Origin: a bacterium
Lineage (GTDB): Bacteria; UBA4055
Assembly (NCBI GenBank): GCA_029559475.1
Contig: JAKQBN010000030.1
Location: 10,756-74,755 of the forward strand
DNA length: 64,000 bases
Reading direction: 5' to 3'
In this document: piece after piece, positions 18,868-27,275 of the stretch
Layout of the letters: every line of letters starts with the position of its first letter
Position numbering within the stretch: the stretch's first letter is position 1
Made by a program: the position numbers and the translations under genes
The notes under the pieces: model-generated
Seen by the model: only the letters and a program-made list of their open reading frames with translations
Told to the model about the DNA's origin: nothing
The model's database searches: none

Positions 18868-19416
18868 ATGAAATGCGATAAATGCGGTTCGCCAAATGTT
18901 GTGACTAAAATAGTCATTCAGGGCGATAAGAATTCCGAAGAACTTAATCTCTGCGCCGGCTGCTTTCAGACTTTTGTAAAAGAACATCCGGAGATCAGGC
19001 AGGGCGCTATGGGGCAGTCTTTGAATGAATTTCTTCTGGGTACATTAAACCTTCTCACTTCAGGAATGATATTAAAAAACCACAACACCGATACGCACGG
19101 TCATAAAACAAGAAAATGTCCGCAATGTTCAATAACATCCGAAAGAATAATTAAAGACGGTGTAGTCGGCTGCAGCGGGTGCTATGAATTCTTCAAGGAT
19201 GAGATAAGGCAGTATATTTTCAGCCTTACCGGAAACGACATCAGCCGGAACGATAAAGTCAGCCTGACTGACGAGCAAAAAGCTGCTGAACTCAAAAAGA
19301 AGCTCGATATGCTGCTTCAGACTGAGAATTACGAAATGGCCGCGTCTGTTAGGGATGAGATCTTCAAGCTGAAGAGCGGTCAGAAAAAACCTTTATTAAA
19401 ACAGAAGAAAATATGA
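18868..19416 (+). CDS. UvrB/UvrC-motif (UVR) protein with two CxxC zinc-ribbon pairs (McsA-like)
   Basis: Two CxxC pairs are present (CDKCG...CAGC and CPQCS...CSGC). A C-terminal UVR-like helix hairpin follows (EQKAAELKKKLDMLLQTENYEMAASVRDEIFKLK). Confidence 0.55.
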   Translation: MKCDKCGSPNVVTKIVIQGDKNSEELNLCAGCFQTFVKEHPEIRQGAMGQSLNEFLLGTLNLLTSGMILKNHNTDTHGHKTRKCPQCSITSERIIKDGVVGCSGCYEFFKDEIRQYIFSLTGNDISRNDKVSLTDEQKAAELKKKLDMLLQTENYEMAASVRDEIFKLKSGQKKPLLKQKKI

Positions 19417-20333
19417 AGCTGGGCATTTTAACGGCGACAATATCCGAATGCGACTTCTTCCCGAATATAATCGAGCTTCAGAATATAGGTATAAAAAAAG
19501 GTCATCAGGTCGATCTTTTTAAGAACGGCGAATTCAATCTGATAATTGAGAACGGACGCTCAGTCTTATCGTATAACGGGCAGCCTTTCGATCCGGAAGA
19601 ATACGACATTATTTTGAACAGACTGTCTGTCAGAGAGAAAAGCAACGCGGAATATTATGTCGTGGAAGAATTTATGAAACGCAATATCCCGGTAGTAAAT
19701 TCTCCCGATGCTATCATGAAAGCGAGAAACAAGCTGCTTTCATTACAGATTATGTCGGATCTGAACGTAATGATCACAAGATCAGCAATAATCCGGAGAA
19801 CCGAAGATATAGATAGAATTACATCTTCATTCGCATTTCCTCTTATAATTAAGAACATTTTCGGATCGCTCGGAAGTTCGACACTTCTCGTTTACGATAT
19901 AAAACAGCTGATCTCGATAATAGATTATATCTGGAACACGAACAGGAACGAGATCTTTCTGATCCAGGAGTTCGTTCGGTCTGAAGACAATACGGTATCC
20001 GATTTCAGGGTGTTCATTCTCGGCGACGAGATCATCGCATCAATGAAAAGAACTAATTCCGACAGGGATTTCAGGGCGAATTACAAGAGGGGCGCCGCTG
20101 TAAAAAGAGCTGAACTCACAGACACTGAGAAAGAGCAGTGCCTGAAGATCACGCGCGCATTCGGTCTGGAGATCGCCGGAGTTGATTTTATCCGGACACA
20201 GAACGGCCCCGTATTTCTTGAAGTGAATTCAAATCCGGGACTCGACGGCATCAGATCCGCTACGAAAACATCGGATTTTGACATACTGGAAAAGGTCATC
20301 GACAGGCTTAACGAACTAAAAAGGAAAAAATGA
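19413..20333 (+). CDS. RimK-family ATP-grasp protein (alpha-L-glutamate ligase-like)
   Basis: The C-terminal RimK pattern is DFRVFILGDEIIASMKR...DFRANYKRGAAV...GVDFIRTQNGPVFLEVNSNPG. Its start overlaps the upstream gene's stop in an ATGA 4-nt overlap. Confidence 0.7.
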   Translation: MKLGILTATISECDFFPNIIELQNIGIKKGHQVDLFKNGEFNLIIENGRSVLSYNGQPFDPEEYDIILNRLSVREKSNAEYYVVEEFMKRNIPVVNSPDAIMKARNKLLSLQIMSDLNVMITRSAIIRRTEDIDRITSSFAFPLIIKNIFGSLGSSTLLVYDIKQLISIIDYIWNTNRNEIFLIQEFVRSEDNTVSDFRVFILGDEIIASMKRTNSDRDFRANYKRGAAVKRAELTDTEKEQCLKITRAFGLEIAGVDFIRTQNGPVFLEVNSNPGLDGIRSATKTSDFDILEKVIDRLNELKRKK

Positions 20334-21097
20334 AACAGCTTACTTTCATTCTTACGGTCATAATCATTTTCGCAGGATGCAGCAATGATAAACCATCTGC
20401 AGATGTAACACCGCCCGCAGCTGATTACGAAATTATAAATATCTATCCGCACGACACATCTTTTTTTACTCAGGGGTTCGAATTTAAGGGCGATACTCTT
20501 CTGGAAAGCACCGGAAAGGAATATTATTCTAAAGTGATCTCTTACAACATCTTCACGCCTCAGATATATAAAGAAATATCGATCCCTTCAGATGTATTCG
20601 GAGAAGGCATAACTGAGCTTAACGGTCAAATATTTCAGCTTACCTGGCAGAACGAAAAAGGTTATGTTTATGACAGTTCAAATCTTTCAAAGTTGAGAGA
20701 ATTTTCCTATAGCGGAGAAGGTTGGGGTATATGCAATGACGGTACTGAGCTTATCATGAGCGACGGCTCGGAAAAACTCTATTTCAGAAATCCTGAAAGT
20801 TTTAATGTAACAAAAACCGTAATTGTCAAAGACTCGAATGGCGTCTCATGCAAAAATCTTAACGAACTCGAGTATGCCGACGGAAAGATCTATGCGAACT
20901 TATGGGGGTATAATTTTATAGTCTGTATCGATCCTTTAACGGGAATGATCGTAAAAAAATATGACCTTTCGGGACTTCTTTCACCTCAGGAGTATTATGA
21001 AGCTGACGTTCTTAACGGTATCGCATTCAGGAACGGACATTTTTTTGTAACGGGAAAATTCTGGCCGAAGATCTTTGAACTCAAGCTGAATGATTGA
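20330..21097 (+). CDS. glutaminyl-peptide cyclotransferase (plant/bacterial beta-propeller type), lipoprotein
   Basis: A lipobox-like signal (FAGCSNDK) is followed by the conserved glutaminyl cyclase (QC) blocks YPHDTSFFTQGFEF, ESTG, GEGWG, SDGS and NELEY. An ATGA overlap links it to the upstream ATP-grasp gene. Confidence 0.75.
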   Translation: MKQLTFILTVIIIFAGCSNDKPSADVTPPAADYEIINIYPHDTSFFTQGFEFKGDTLLESTGKEYYSKVISYNIFTPQIYKEISIPSDVFGEGITELNGQIFQLTWQNEKGYVYDSSNLSKLREFSYSGEGWGICNDGTELIMSDGSEKLYFRNPESFNVTKTVIVKDSNGVSCKNLNELEYADGKIYANLWGYNFIVCIDPLTGMIVKKYDLSGLLSPQEYYEADVLNGIAFRNGHFFVTGKFWPKIFELKLND

Positions 21098-21140
21098 CAA
21101 AGATGCAGGTTCGAAATACATATTTTAATGTCTGAATGAC

Positions 21141-21169
21141 AAAAAAATACTTGACATAGGAACTATAAA
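21141..21169 (+). promoter_or_regulatory. sigma70-like promoter upstream of tRNA-Lys
   Basis: TTGACA (21141-21146), a 17-nt spacer, then TATATT (21164-21169). It lies about 35 nt upstream of the tRNA 5-prime end. Confidence 0.4.
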
Positions 21170-21203
21170 TTTTTATATTTGGCACTGCTTTTTTAAAGCG
21201 GAT

Positions 21204-21276
21204 GGGAAAGTAGCTCAGTAGGTAGAGCACCGCCCTTTTAAGGCGATGGTCGACGGTTCGAATCCGTCCTCTCTCA
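21204..21276 (+). tRNA. tRNA-Lys (anticodon TTT)
   Basis: A hand-folded cloverleaf fits. The D arm is GCTC/GAGC, the anticodon loop CTTTTAA has U33 and A37, and the T arm is GACGG-TTCGAAT-CCGTC. The 7-bp acceptor stem has one mismatch and one G-U pair; CCA is not encoded. Confidence 0.75.
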
Positions 21277-21283
21277 CGAAAAA

Positions 21284-21310
21284 CCCCGATTATTTCGGGG
21301 TTTTTTATTT
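21284..21310. terminator. bidirectional rho-independent terminator
   Basis: A CCCCGA/TCGGGG stem is flanked by an A-run upstream and a T-run downstream. It sits between the tRNA-Lys 3-prime end and the stop of the convergent HD-GYP gene. Confidence 0.6.
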
Positions 21311-22476
21311 TATTCTGTATCCTTATAGTTTTCGCTTATCGACCTAATAACATCAAGAGAAGCCATAAAAGCATCTACTACTTCAGGATCGAATTTTGAT
21401 CCGGAAAGCTTTTTTATCTCGTTTAAAACATCTTCTTCGGCCCATGCTTCCTTATATGCTCTTTTACATGACAGGGCGTCATACACATCGGCGACCGCAA
21501 CGATACGTCCGAAAACAGGTATTTCATCTCCTTTCGGCTTGTCGGGATATCCCGAACCGTCCCAGTTCTCATGGTGCGTACCCGCTATAACGGAAGCCAT
21601 TCTGTCGAAGTCCGATTCGAAATTAGAAAATAATCTTGATCCGAAAGTAGTATGAAGCTTCATTATATCATACTCGTCAGGCGTAAGTTTGGCGGGTTTT
21701 TTAAGTATCACGTCAGATATGCCTACCTTACCTACGTCGTGAAGCATCGCCGCCATTCTCAAAATGTCCCTGTTCCTGTCTATGATCGATTTGGGGATGC
21801 CTTTATTAGCAGCCCATCTTTCGTATATTTCGACAGAATAAGCCGCCACTCTGTTCACATGCGCGCCGGTCTCTTTCGGATCACGGAGTTCCGCCATCTG
21901 GATCATGCGCATCAGAAGCGTTCTCGTCATCCTCGCTTTCTGAAGTGCCGAGGCTGAAGTCTGTGCGAAATGTTTTAAAAACAGCTCATCGTCCTGCGAG
22001 AACTCGATAATGTCGCCCATGTTCGTGAATTTATTTATCAGCTGTACTACACCCAGTATCTCGCCCGAACCGCTTGTTATCGGAGCGGTCAGCATTGAGC
22101 TTGTTTTGTATCCGGATTTCTCATCATACCTGCCGTCAAATTTGTATTCCGTTCCTGAAATATCATAAACATCCACTATGTTCAGACTTTCACCCGTTTC
22201 TGCGACATACCCGGCTATTGAATTTCTGTTGACAGGAACTGTATAGGATGTATAAATCAGCTTGTCGCCTTTTTTAAGTCTTGCCTGCAGAGTGTCGTTC
22301 TGAGCGTGTCTGAACTGAAGCTCGTTCCCTTCTTTTGTATATATCGTTCCCGCATCTGCACCTGTTGATCGCCTCGCTTCAAGAAGTATCCTTTCCAGAA
22401 GAATGTCCAGATCGTTGATCCCGTTAAGTTCGAGACTGATGCGTAAAATTTCCCTGAGTTTATCTTTATCTTCCAT
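21310..22476 (-). CDS. GAF domain-containing HD-GYP phosphohydrolase (putative c-di-GMP phosphodiesterase)
   Basis: An N-terminal GAF-like region precedes HD motifs (HDVGKV) and the HHENWDGSGYP motif characteristic of HD-GYP proteins. Confidence 0.8.
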   Translation of the reverse strand: MEDKDKLREILRISLELNGINDLDILLERILLEARRSTGADAGTIYTKEGNELQFRHAQNDTLQARLKKGDKLIYTSYTVPVNRNSIAGYVAETGESLNIVDVYDISGTEYKFDGRYDEKSGYKTSSMLTAPITSGSGEILGVVQLINKFTNMGDIIEFSQDDELFLKHFAQTSASALQKARMTRTLLMRMIQMAELRDPKETGAHVNRVAAYSVEIYERWAANKGIPKSIIDRNRDILRMAAMLHDVGKVGISDVILKKPAKLTPDEYDIMKLHTTFGSRLFSNFESDFDRMASVIAGTHHENWDGSGYPDKPKGDEIPVFGRIVAVADVYDALSCKRAYKEAWAEEDVLNEIKKLSGSKFDPEVVDAFMASLDVIRSISENYKDTE

Positions 22477-22584
22477 AACCTGCCCTCATAATTAAAATGA
22501 ATATACATAATAAATATATCTTTTTATATGATGCGTGTCAATTTTCATATTGCATAAATTTACTTATTTCTTAAATTACTCTAC

Positions 22585-23388
22585 ATGGATAATACGAACA
22601 TAATATTCGCGTTCGCACTAACGCTCTTTGCCGGACTTTCGACTGGTGTAGGAAGCGTTATGGCATTTTTGTCGAAAGGCTTCAACCCGAAATTTCTGGC
22701 AGGATCATTGGGATTTTCCGCTGGTGTAATGATATATGTCTCGCTTGTGGAAATTTTCGATAAGGCGCGTGAATCGCTGACGGGATTTTACGGGGCTGAA
22801 AAAGGATATTATTTCACAACCCTCTCCTTTTTCGGTGGAATGGCTCTGATAGCTGTCATTGATAAACTCGTGCCTTCTTATGAAAACCCTCACGAACCTC
22901 ACTGCCCTGCCGACTGCGTTCAAAACACGGATGACAAGAAACTCATGCGTATGGGCTTATTCTCCGCGCTTGCAATAGGCATACACAATTTTCCGGAAGG
23001 GCTGGCCACTTTCATTAGTGCATTACAGGAACCGACCCTTGCAATAAGCATAACGGCAGCTATAGCCATTCACAACATACCGGAAGGTATTGCGGTCTCT
23101 GTCCCTATTTATTACGCCACTAAAAGCAGGAAGAAAGCTTTCTGGCTTTCATTCCTGTCGGGATTATCAGAACCTCTCGGTGCGCTTATAGGGTATTTTA
23201 TATTCAGACAGTTCTTCGGACCCGCAGTATTCGGCGTGATCTTCGCCGGAGTAGCAGGAATAATGGTGTTCATCTCCCTCGATGAGCTTCTGCCGACCGC
23301 AGAAAAATACGGTGAGCATCACGTGGCAGTTTATGGTCTTGTTTCAGGCATGATAGTTATGGCAGGCAGCCTGCTTTTGTTTATGTAA
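22585..23388 (+). CDS. zupT: ZIP-family zinc transporter ZupT
   Basis: Duplicated HNxPEG metal-binding motifs (IHNFPEGLA, IHNIPEGIA) and eight transmembrane-like segments are present. The product is 267 aa. Confidence 0.85.
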   Translation: MDNTNIIFAFALTLFAGLSTGVGSVMAFLSKGFNPKFLAGSLGFSAGVMIYVSLVEIFDKARESLTGFYGAEKGYYFTTLSFFGGMALIAVIDKLVPSYENPHEPHCPADCVQNTDDKKLMRMGLFSALAIGIHNFPEGLATFISALQEPTLAISITAAIAIHNIPEGIAVSVPIYYATKSRKKAFWLSFLSGLSEPLGALIGYFIFRQFFGPAVFGVIFAGVAGIMVFISLDELLPTAEKYGEHHVAVYGLVSGMIVMAGSLLLFM

Positions 23389-23391
23389 ACC

Positions 23392-23910
23392 TTAAAACTC
23401 TATCCCCTTCTTTGCTTTTATTTCTTTATCAAAGCAGTGCCTGATCTTCTTCATTTCGGTAACTGTGTCTGCAATTTCGATCAGCTTTGGATCGGCGTTC
23501 CTTCCGGTGAGGATGATATTGAGCCTACAGGGCTTATTCTTTAGAACTTTGAGAAGATCTTCAATATCTATAAATTTGTAATTGGTAAGATATGTGATCT
23601 CATCGAGGATTATCAGGTCGTATTTGTCCGAACCAATTTTCTGCTTCGCCAACTCGAATCCTTTCTGTGAGACAGCCTTATCTTTTTCCAGATCGTCTGA
23701 ATTCCATGTGAAACCTCTGCCTTCGGTGTACCATTCGAGGTTGGGGAATTTTTCTGCCGATATTACTTCGCCGTACTCCGAAGGCGATTTTATGAACTGG
23801 ATCACGCATACTTTCCAGCCGTGACCGAGCGCTCTGAAAGCAGTTCCGAACGCAGCTGTGCTTTTCCCTTTTCCGTCTCCAGTATTTATGATGATCAGAC
23901 CTTTATCCAT
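23392..23910 (-). CDS. cobO: cob(I)yrinic acid a,c-diamide adenosyltransferase (CobO/BtuR type)
   Basis: The N-terminal P-loop-like motif GDGKGKSTAAFG is typical of CobO. The product is 172 aa. Confidence 0.85.
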   Translation of the reverse strand: MDKGLIIINTGDGKGKSTAAFGTAFRALGHGWKVCVIQFIKSPSEYGEVISAEKFPNLEWYTEGRGFTWNSDDLEKDKAVSQKGFELAKQKIGSDKYDLIILDEITYLTNYKFIDIEDLLKVLKNKPCRLNIILTGRNADPKLIEIADTVTEMKKIRHCFDKEIKAKKGIEF

Positions 23911-24039
23911 TTCCGGCTCCGGTGTAATGCTTTAAATCTAAAAAATTTATCATGCAATTACAATAAAATAAACAATTGCCTTGTTTTGAACTGCTCCCGT
24001 ACCTATATTTAAGACAAGTGAAAACCAAAAGGAGATCGT

Positions 24040-24747
24040 ATGAAGACACTGGGCATTATAGGCGGAATGAGCTACGAGTCGTCAAAGCTTTTTTACGAAC
24101 TGATCAATAACAGGGTGAACGACATTTTAGGGGGATACCACTGCTGCAAAAGTATTATGTACACCGTGGATTTTGACGAGATCGTCAGGCTGCAGAACGA
24201 AGAAAAATGGGATGAACTTAATCTGATAGTCGCTGATGTTACGAGAAAGCTTGAAGCCGGCGGGGCTGACCTTATCGTTCTTTGTACGAACACACTTCAT
24301 ATTTGCGCCGATGCGATAATAAATGCTACAAAAGTCCCATTCCTTCATATTGCCGAGACTGTCGGTGAAGAAGCTAAAAGCAGGTTTATTAAAAAAGCCG
24401 GCCTCCTTGGTACTAAATTCACTATGGAAAAGGATTTTTATAAGGATGTGCTTAAGGAAAAATACGGCATCGATGTTATTATTCCCGGCGAGATCGACAG
24501 GGACACTATTCATAATGTTATCTTCGGAGAGCTGGTCCACGGACAGATAAGGGAATCTTCAAGGAAAAAATTTATTGAAATTATTAACAGGCTGGAAAGG
24601 AACGGGGCTGAAGGGATAATTCTGGGCTGCACTGATATTCCGCTGCTGATATCTGAAGAACATCTCGAGATCCCGATATTCGACTCGATCAGACTTCATG
24701 CAGAGCATTCAGTGCGCAGGATTTTGAGCGATGAACTTAATCAATAG
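24040..24747 (+). CDS. aspartate/glutamate racemase family protein (aspartate racemase-like)
   Basis: The N-terminal GIIGGMSYESS motif and the two-cysteine racemase layout (C at about 83 and about 196) are present. The product is 235 aa. Confidence 0.75.
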   Translation: MKTLGIIGGMSYESSKLFYELINNRVNDILGGYHCCKSIMYTVDFDEIVRLQNEEKWDELNLIVADVTRKLEAGGADLIVLCTNTLHICADAIINATKVPFLHIAETVGEEAKSRFIKKAGLLGTKFTMEKDFYKDVLKEKYGIDVIIPGEIDRDTIHNVIFGELVHGQIRESSRKKFIEIINRLERNGAEGIILGCTDIPLLISEEHLEIPIFDSIRLHAEHSVRRILSDELNQ

Positions 24748-24753
24748 GACGCT

Positions 24754-25140
24754 CGACATAAGTAAAAGACGAGTGATATATTTTTATGAGCAGGAACGCA
24801 TCCTCGCTTTATCGTTTGAACGAGCCGTATATCCGGAAAAAAAATATCAAAGATTGTGCCGGTACGATTCAGATCCAAATAATCATATGATTAATGCTGA
24901 TATTTTTTTGGAGGATGATATGCGAGTGATATTAATGCCGGCTTAGCCGTTTGCGGTCTGCTTATAAAAATGATATGACGAGTATATATCGAACAAGTAA
25001 CAAATTTATACCTGATATAATTCGTTATGGATCGATATCCGTTACATCTTCCCTTTCGCAGGTACGACACTCTTAGCAAAGAAGCGATTGAGATTAATGT
25101 ATGCAGGATGAGATCCGGAATGAAGTTATATCAGGTATAT
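24754..25140 (+). repeat. copy A of a modular intergenic repeat family (3 copies in the window), containing a conserved mini-ORF MRVILMPA with a GGAGG Shine-Dalgarno (24920-24946)
   Basis: Near-identical blocks are shared with 27021-27207 and 49276-49643. The core is tttgaacgagccgtatatccgga...tttttttggaggatgatatgcgagtgatattaatg, and the terminal block gcaggatgagatccggaatgaa is common to all three. Confidence 0.65.
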
Positions 25141-25147
25141 TGAATAA

Positions 25148-25185
25148 TAAAAAAAGGGCAGTTCACATAAACCGCCCTTTAATTT
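25148..25185 (-). terminator. rho-independent terminator (bidirectional-capable) after the minus-strand OMP-like gene
   Basis: The AGGGCAG...CTGCCCT stem is flanked by an A-run and a T-run (aaaaaaagggcagttcacataaaccgccctttaatttttt). Confidence 0.6.
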
Positions 25186-25186
25186 T

Positions 25187-25993
25187 TTACAAGATACCAC
25201 CCCCACCGCCGATGAACAGCTTAATATACGGACCTGAAAGACCGAGATCAGGACAGTCCAGAATATTATTAAAATTGTCCTCGTTCGTAAAATCGAACAC
25301 ATATCCGCCTTTAAACCCGATCAGAAAATACCCTCCCTTACCGATCTTATAATTCGCACCGAGGGAAAGATCGAGCAGGTATGTCTCTTTCTTCAGAATG
25401 AACTCCCTCTTCGGATTGTCCAGAAGATCTCCGAACTCAACAGGAATATCTTCGATTATATGCATCTCGATAGTACTTCCTCCAAAACCGCCCGACACAT
25501 AGCTGAAAATGCTGTTGTTCTTGTAGAAAATATAACCCAGAGTGAACATTCCGTACTCATAAGTAAGACTAGATTCGTATTTGATCTGCGCGTCTGTGGA
25601 ATCATTACTGCCTGATCTTGACATAGGAATATTCCCGTGCCCTTCACCGCCTATAATGAAATTCCTGAATATCCCGCATCCTCCGCCGCCGGTAGTAAAA
25701 AGCGTTTCGTCGAATTCTTTGTACCCGTGGTCCTTCAGGCTTTTATTAAGCTTTGAAAGATCTAAGGTATTGAAACCCGCCATGAATCCGCCGTATCCTC
25801 CGTATGAATAGCCTTTTCCGTGATGATCTTTTCCGTTAATTATGATCTTTTTCTCGATGGTCTTGACGGTATCCCCTGAAATTATTTCGATCTTCTGTAT
25901 TTCATCAAGATTATTCTGGATCTTTACTTTTGTTGTGTCCTGTGCGCATAAAACAAAAACAAACGCAATTAACATTATTATTATTATTCTCAT
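25187..25993 (-). CDS. hypothetical secreted/outer-membrane protein
   Basis: A signal peptide (MRIIIIMLIAFVFVLCA) is followed by Gly/Tyr-rich beta-strand-like segments. No catalytic motif was seen. Confidence 0.4.
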   Translation of the reverse strand: MRIIIIMLIAFVFVLCAQDTTKVKIQNNLDEIQKIEIISGDTVKTIEKKIIINGKDHHGKGYSYGGYGGFMAGFNTLDLSKLNKSLKDHGYKEFDETLFTTGGGGCGIFRNFIIGGEGHGNIPMSRSGSNDSTDAQIKYESSLTYEYGMFTLGYIFYKNNSIFSYVSGGFGGSTIEMHIIEDIPVEFGDLLDNPKREFILKKETYLLDLSLGANYKIGKGGYFLIGFKGGYVFDFTNEDNFNNILDCPDLGLSGPYIKLFIGGGGGIL

Positions 25994-26005
25994 TTTCTCC
26001 CCTTT

Positions 26006-26302
26006 TTAGTTCTTTATCAGTTTTTCCAGATTAGCTATATAGTTTTCGAAAGCTGTCCTTCCCTTATCGGTGATCGAATATCTGCTCTGAGGTTTTCTGT
26101 CAACGAACGTTTTCTCGACCCCGATATATCCCGCTTCCTCCAGCTTCCGTAAATTCGCGCTCAGATTGCCGTCAGTGGCCTGAAGCTTGTTTTTTATTAT
26201 ACTGAACTCCGCATATTCAACACTAACAAGCATGCTCATTATCCCCAGCCTGAGCTTTGAATGAATTAATTCATCCAGAAGATTTGAGTCGAAGCCTGTC
26301 AT
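26006..26302 (-). CDS. winged-helix transcriptional regulator (HTH_34/PadR-like family)
   Basis: The 98-aa product has the pattern RLxIMxxL...F..I...L..TDGNLS.HLRKLEEAGYI...K.F..RKP.TxYxxTxKGRxAFxxY, typical of small winged-helix (wHTH) regulators paired with membrane proteins. Confidence 0.55.
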   Translation of the reverse strand: MTGFDSNLLDELIHSKLRLGIMSMLVSVEYAEFSIIKNKLQATDGNLSANLRKLEEAGYIGVEKTFVDRKPQSRYSITDKGRTAFENYIANLEKLIKN

Positions 26303-26952
26303 TATTTTACCTCTTCTTTTTTATATTTAATGTACAGCATAATGCCCGGTATCGTTTGGAATAAGAGCATCATCGCAGCGAAAACGATGAAAGTGTATTC
26401 AATGTAATCATTCGGGATCCAGAACAGAACTATTGCACCGACCCACCAGCCTAAAGCAGCAAATTTAAAGATCTTTGTGTTATACACCATTCCTGTGATG
26501 AAAAATGCATTTGCAAGAAACATAGCCATTAATGGATTAATCGCCTGCCATCCGATCATTCCGGAGAAAGTACCGGCAAAGCCGACTACTGTCATTGACA
26601 CTCCGGTTGATATCCATGTAGCCGCATCGATTTTAAGCGCGCTTGTGGACACACCTCTTTTTTCCTTTTTCTTACCCATAATAAAAGTGAGTATCCAACC
26701 GGCAGCGATCACAAAGATCCACATTAGTCCGATGTGTCTGCCAATGTCTGATATCAGCATAAAAAAACTTGACAGCTGAGCAGTTATTATCACTACTCCC
26801 CAGAGTATCGCTACGTCACCTCTGTCTTTAATTATATTCTTTGAATCAAGGATCACCTGTTTGATGTATTCAAGATTTTCCTGCGCCGCGTTTTTGTTTT
26901 CCATTTTTTCTCCCTTTTGTTTTGTTTTATCATTTGTTTTTTTTTGCACCAC
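26302..26952 (-). CDS. hypothetical integral membrane protein (partner of the wHTH regulator)
   Basis: Five to six hydrophobic helices are predicted. Its stop overlaps the regulator gene's start by 1 nt. Confidence 0.4.
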   Translation of the reverse strand: MVQKKTNDKTKQKGEKMENKNAAQENLEYIKQVILDSKNIIKDRGDVAILWGVVIITAQLSSFFMLISDIGRHIGLMWIFVIAAGWILTFIMGKKKEKRGVSTSALKIDAATWISTGVSMTVVGFAGTFSGMIGWQAINPLMAMFLANAFFITGMVYNTKIFKFAALGWWVGAIVLFWIPNDYIEYTFIVFAAMMLLFQTIPGIMLYIKYKKEEVK

Positions 26953-27020
26953 TTTAAAGAACTTTAAAATCTAAAGTAATTTACAACATTATTTTTGTGA
27001 TGTCAAGTGTTATTTTAAAT

Positions 27021-27207
27021 ATGCGAGACCGGCAGTGATTATTTGAACGAGCCTTATATCCGGAGAAAAAATATCAAAGATCGTGCCGTTACGGTTAATC
27101 TCCAAATCATCATATGATTAATGCCGATATTTTTTTGGAGGATGACATGCGAGTGATATTAATGGTTGCAGGATGAGATCCGAAATGAATATATGCCGGG
27201 TATATAG
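27021..27207 (+). repeat. copy B (shortest, internally deleted) of the modular repeat family, about 70 nt upstream of the O-methyltransferase gene
   Basis: It shares the accggcagtg(a/g)ttattt block, the tttgaacgagcc...ggaggatga(c/t)atgcgagtgatattaatg core and the gcaggatgagatccgaaatgaa block. Here the mini-ORF reads MRVILMVAG. Confidence 0.65.
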
Positions 27208-27275
27208 AATTTAATGAATTTGATAATTATATAATCATACATTATATTTAGGCCTTAATTCATGGAATAAAAGCA

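Noticed and set aside
22477-22584. Zur/zinc-responsive operator upstream of zupT
   Set aside because: No convincing palindromic box was identified by eye in the divergent promoter region. It cannot be supported without a motif model.
24731-24946. The 71-aa and 72-aa ORFs from the six-frame track (24731-24946 and 49333-49551) as real protein genes
   Set aside because: They lie inside the repeat element. The same sequence in copy B has an in-frame stop, differences between copies are not biased to third codon positions, and the first ORF starts inside racD. The ORF is more likely incidental to a non-coding or mini-ORF-bearing repeat.
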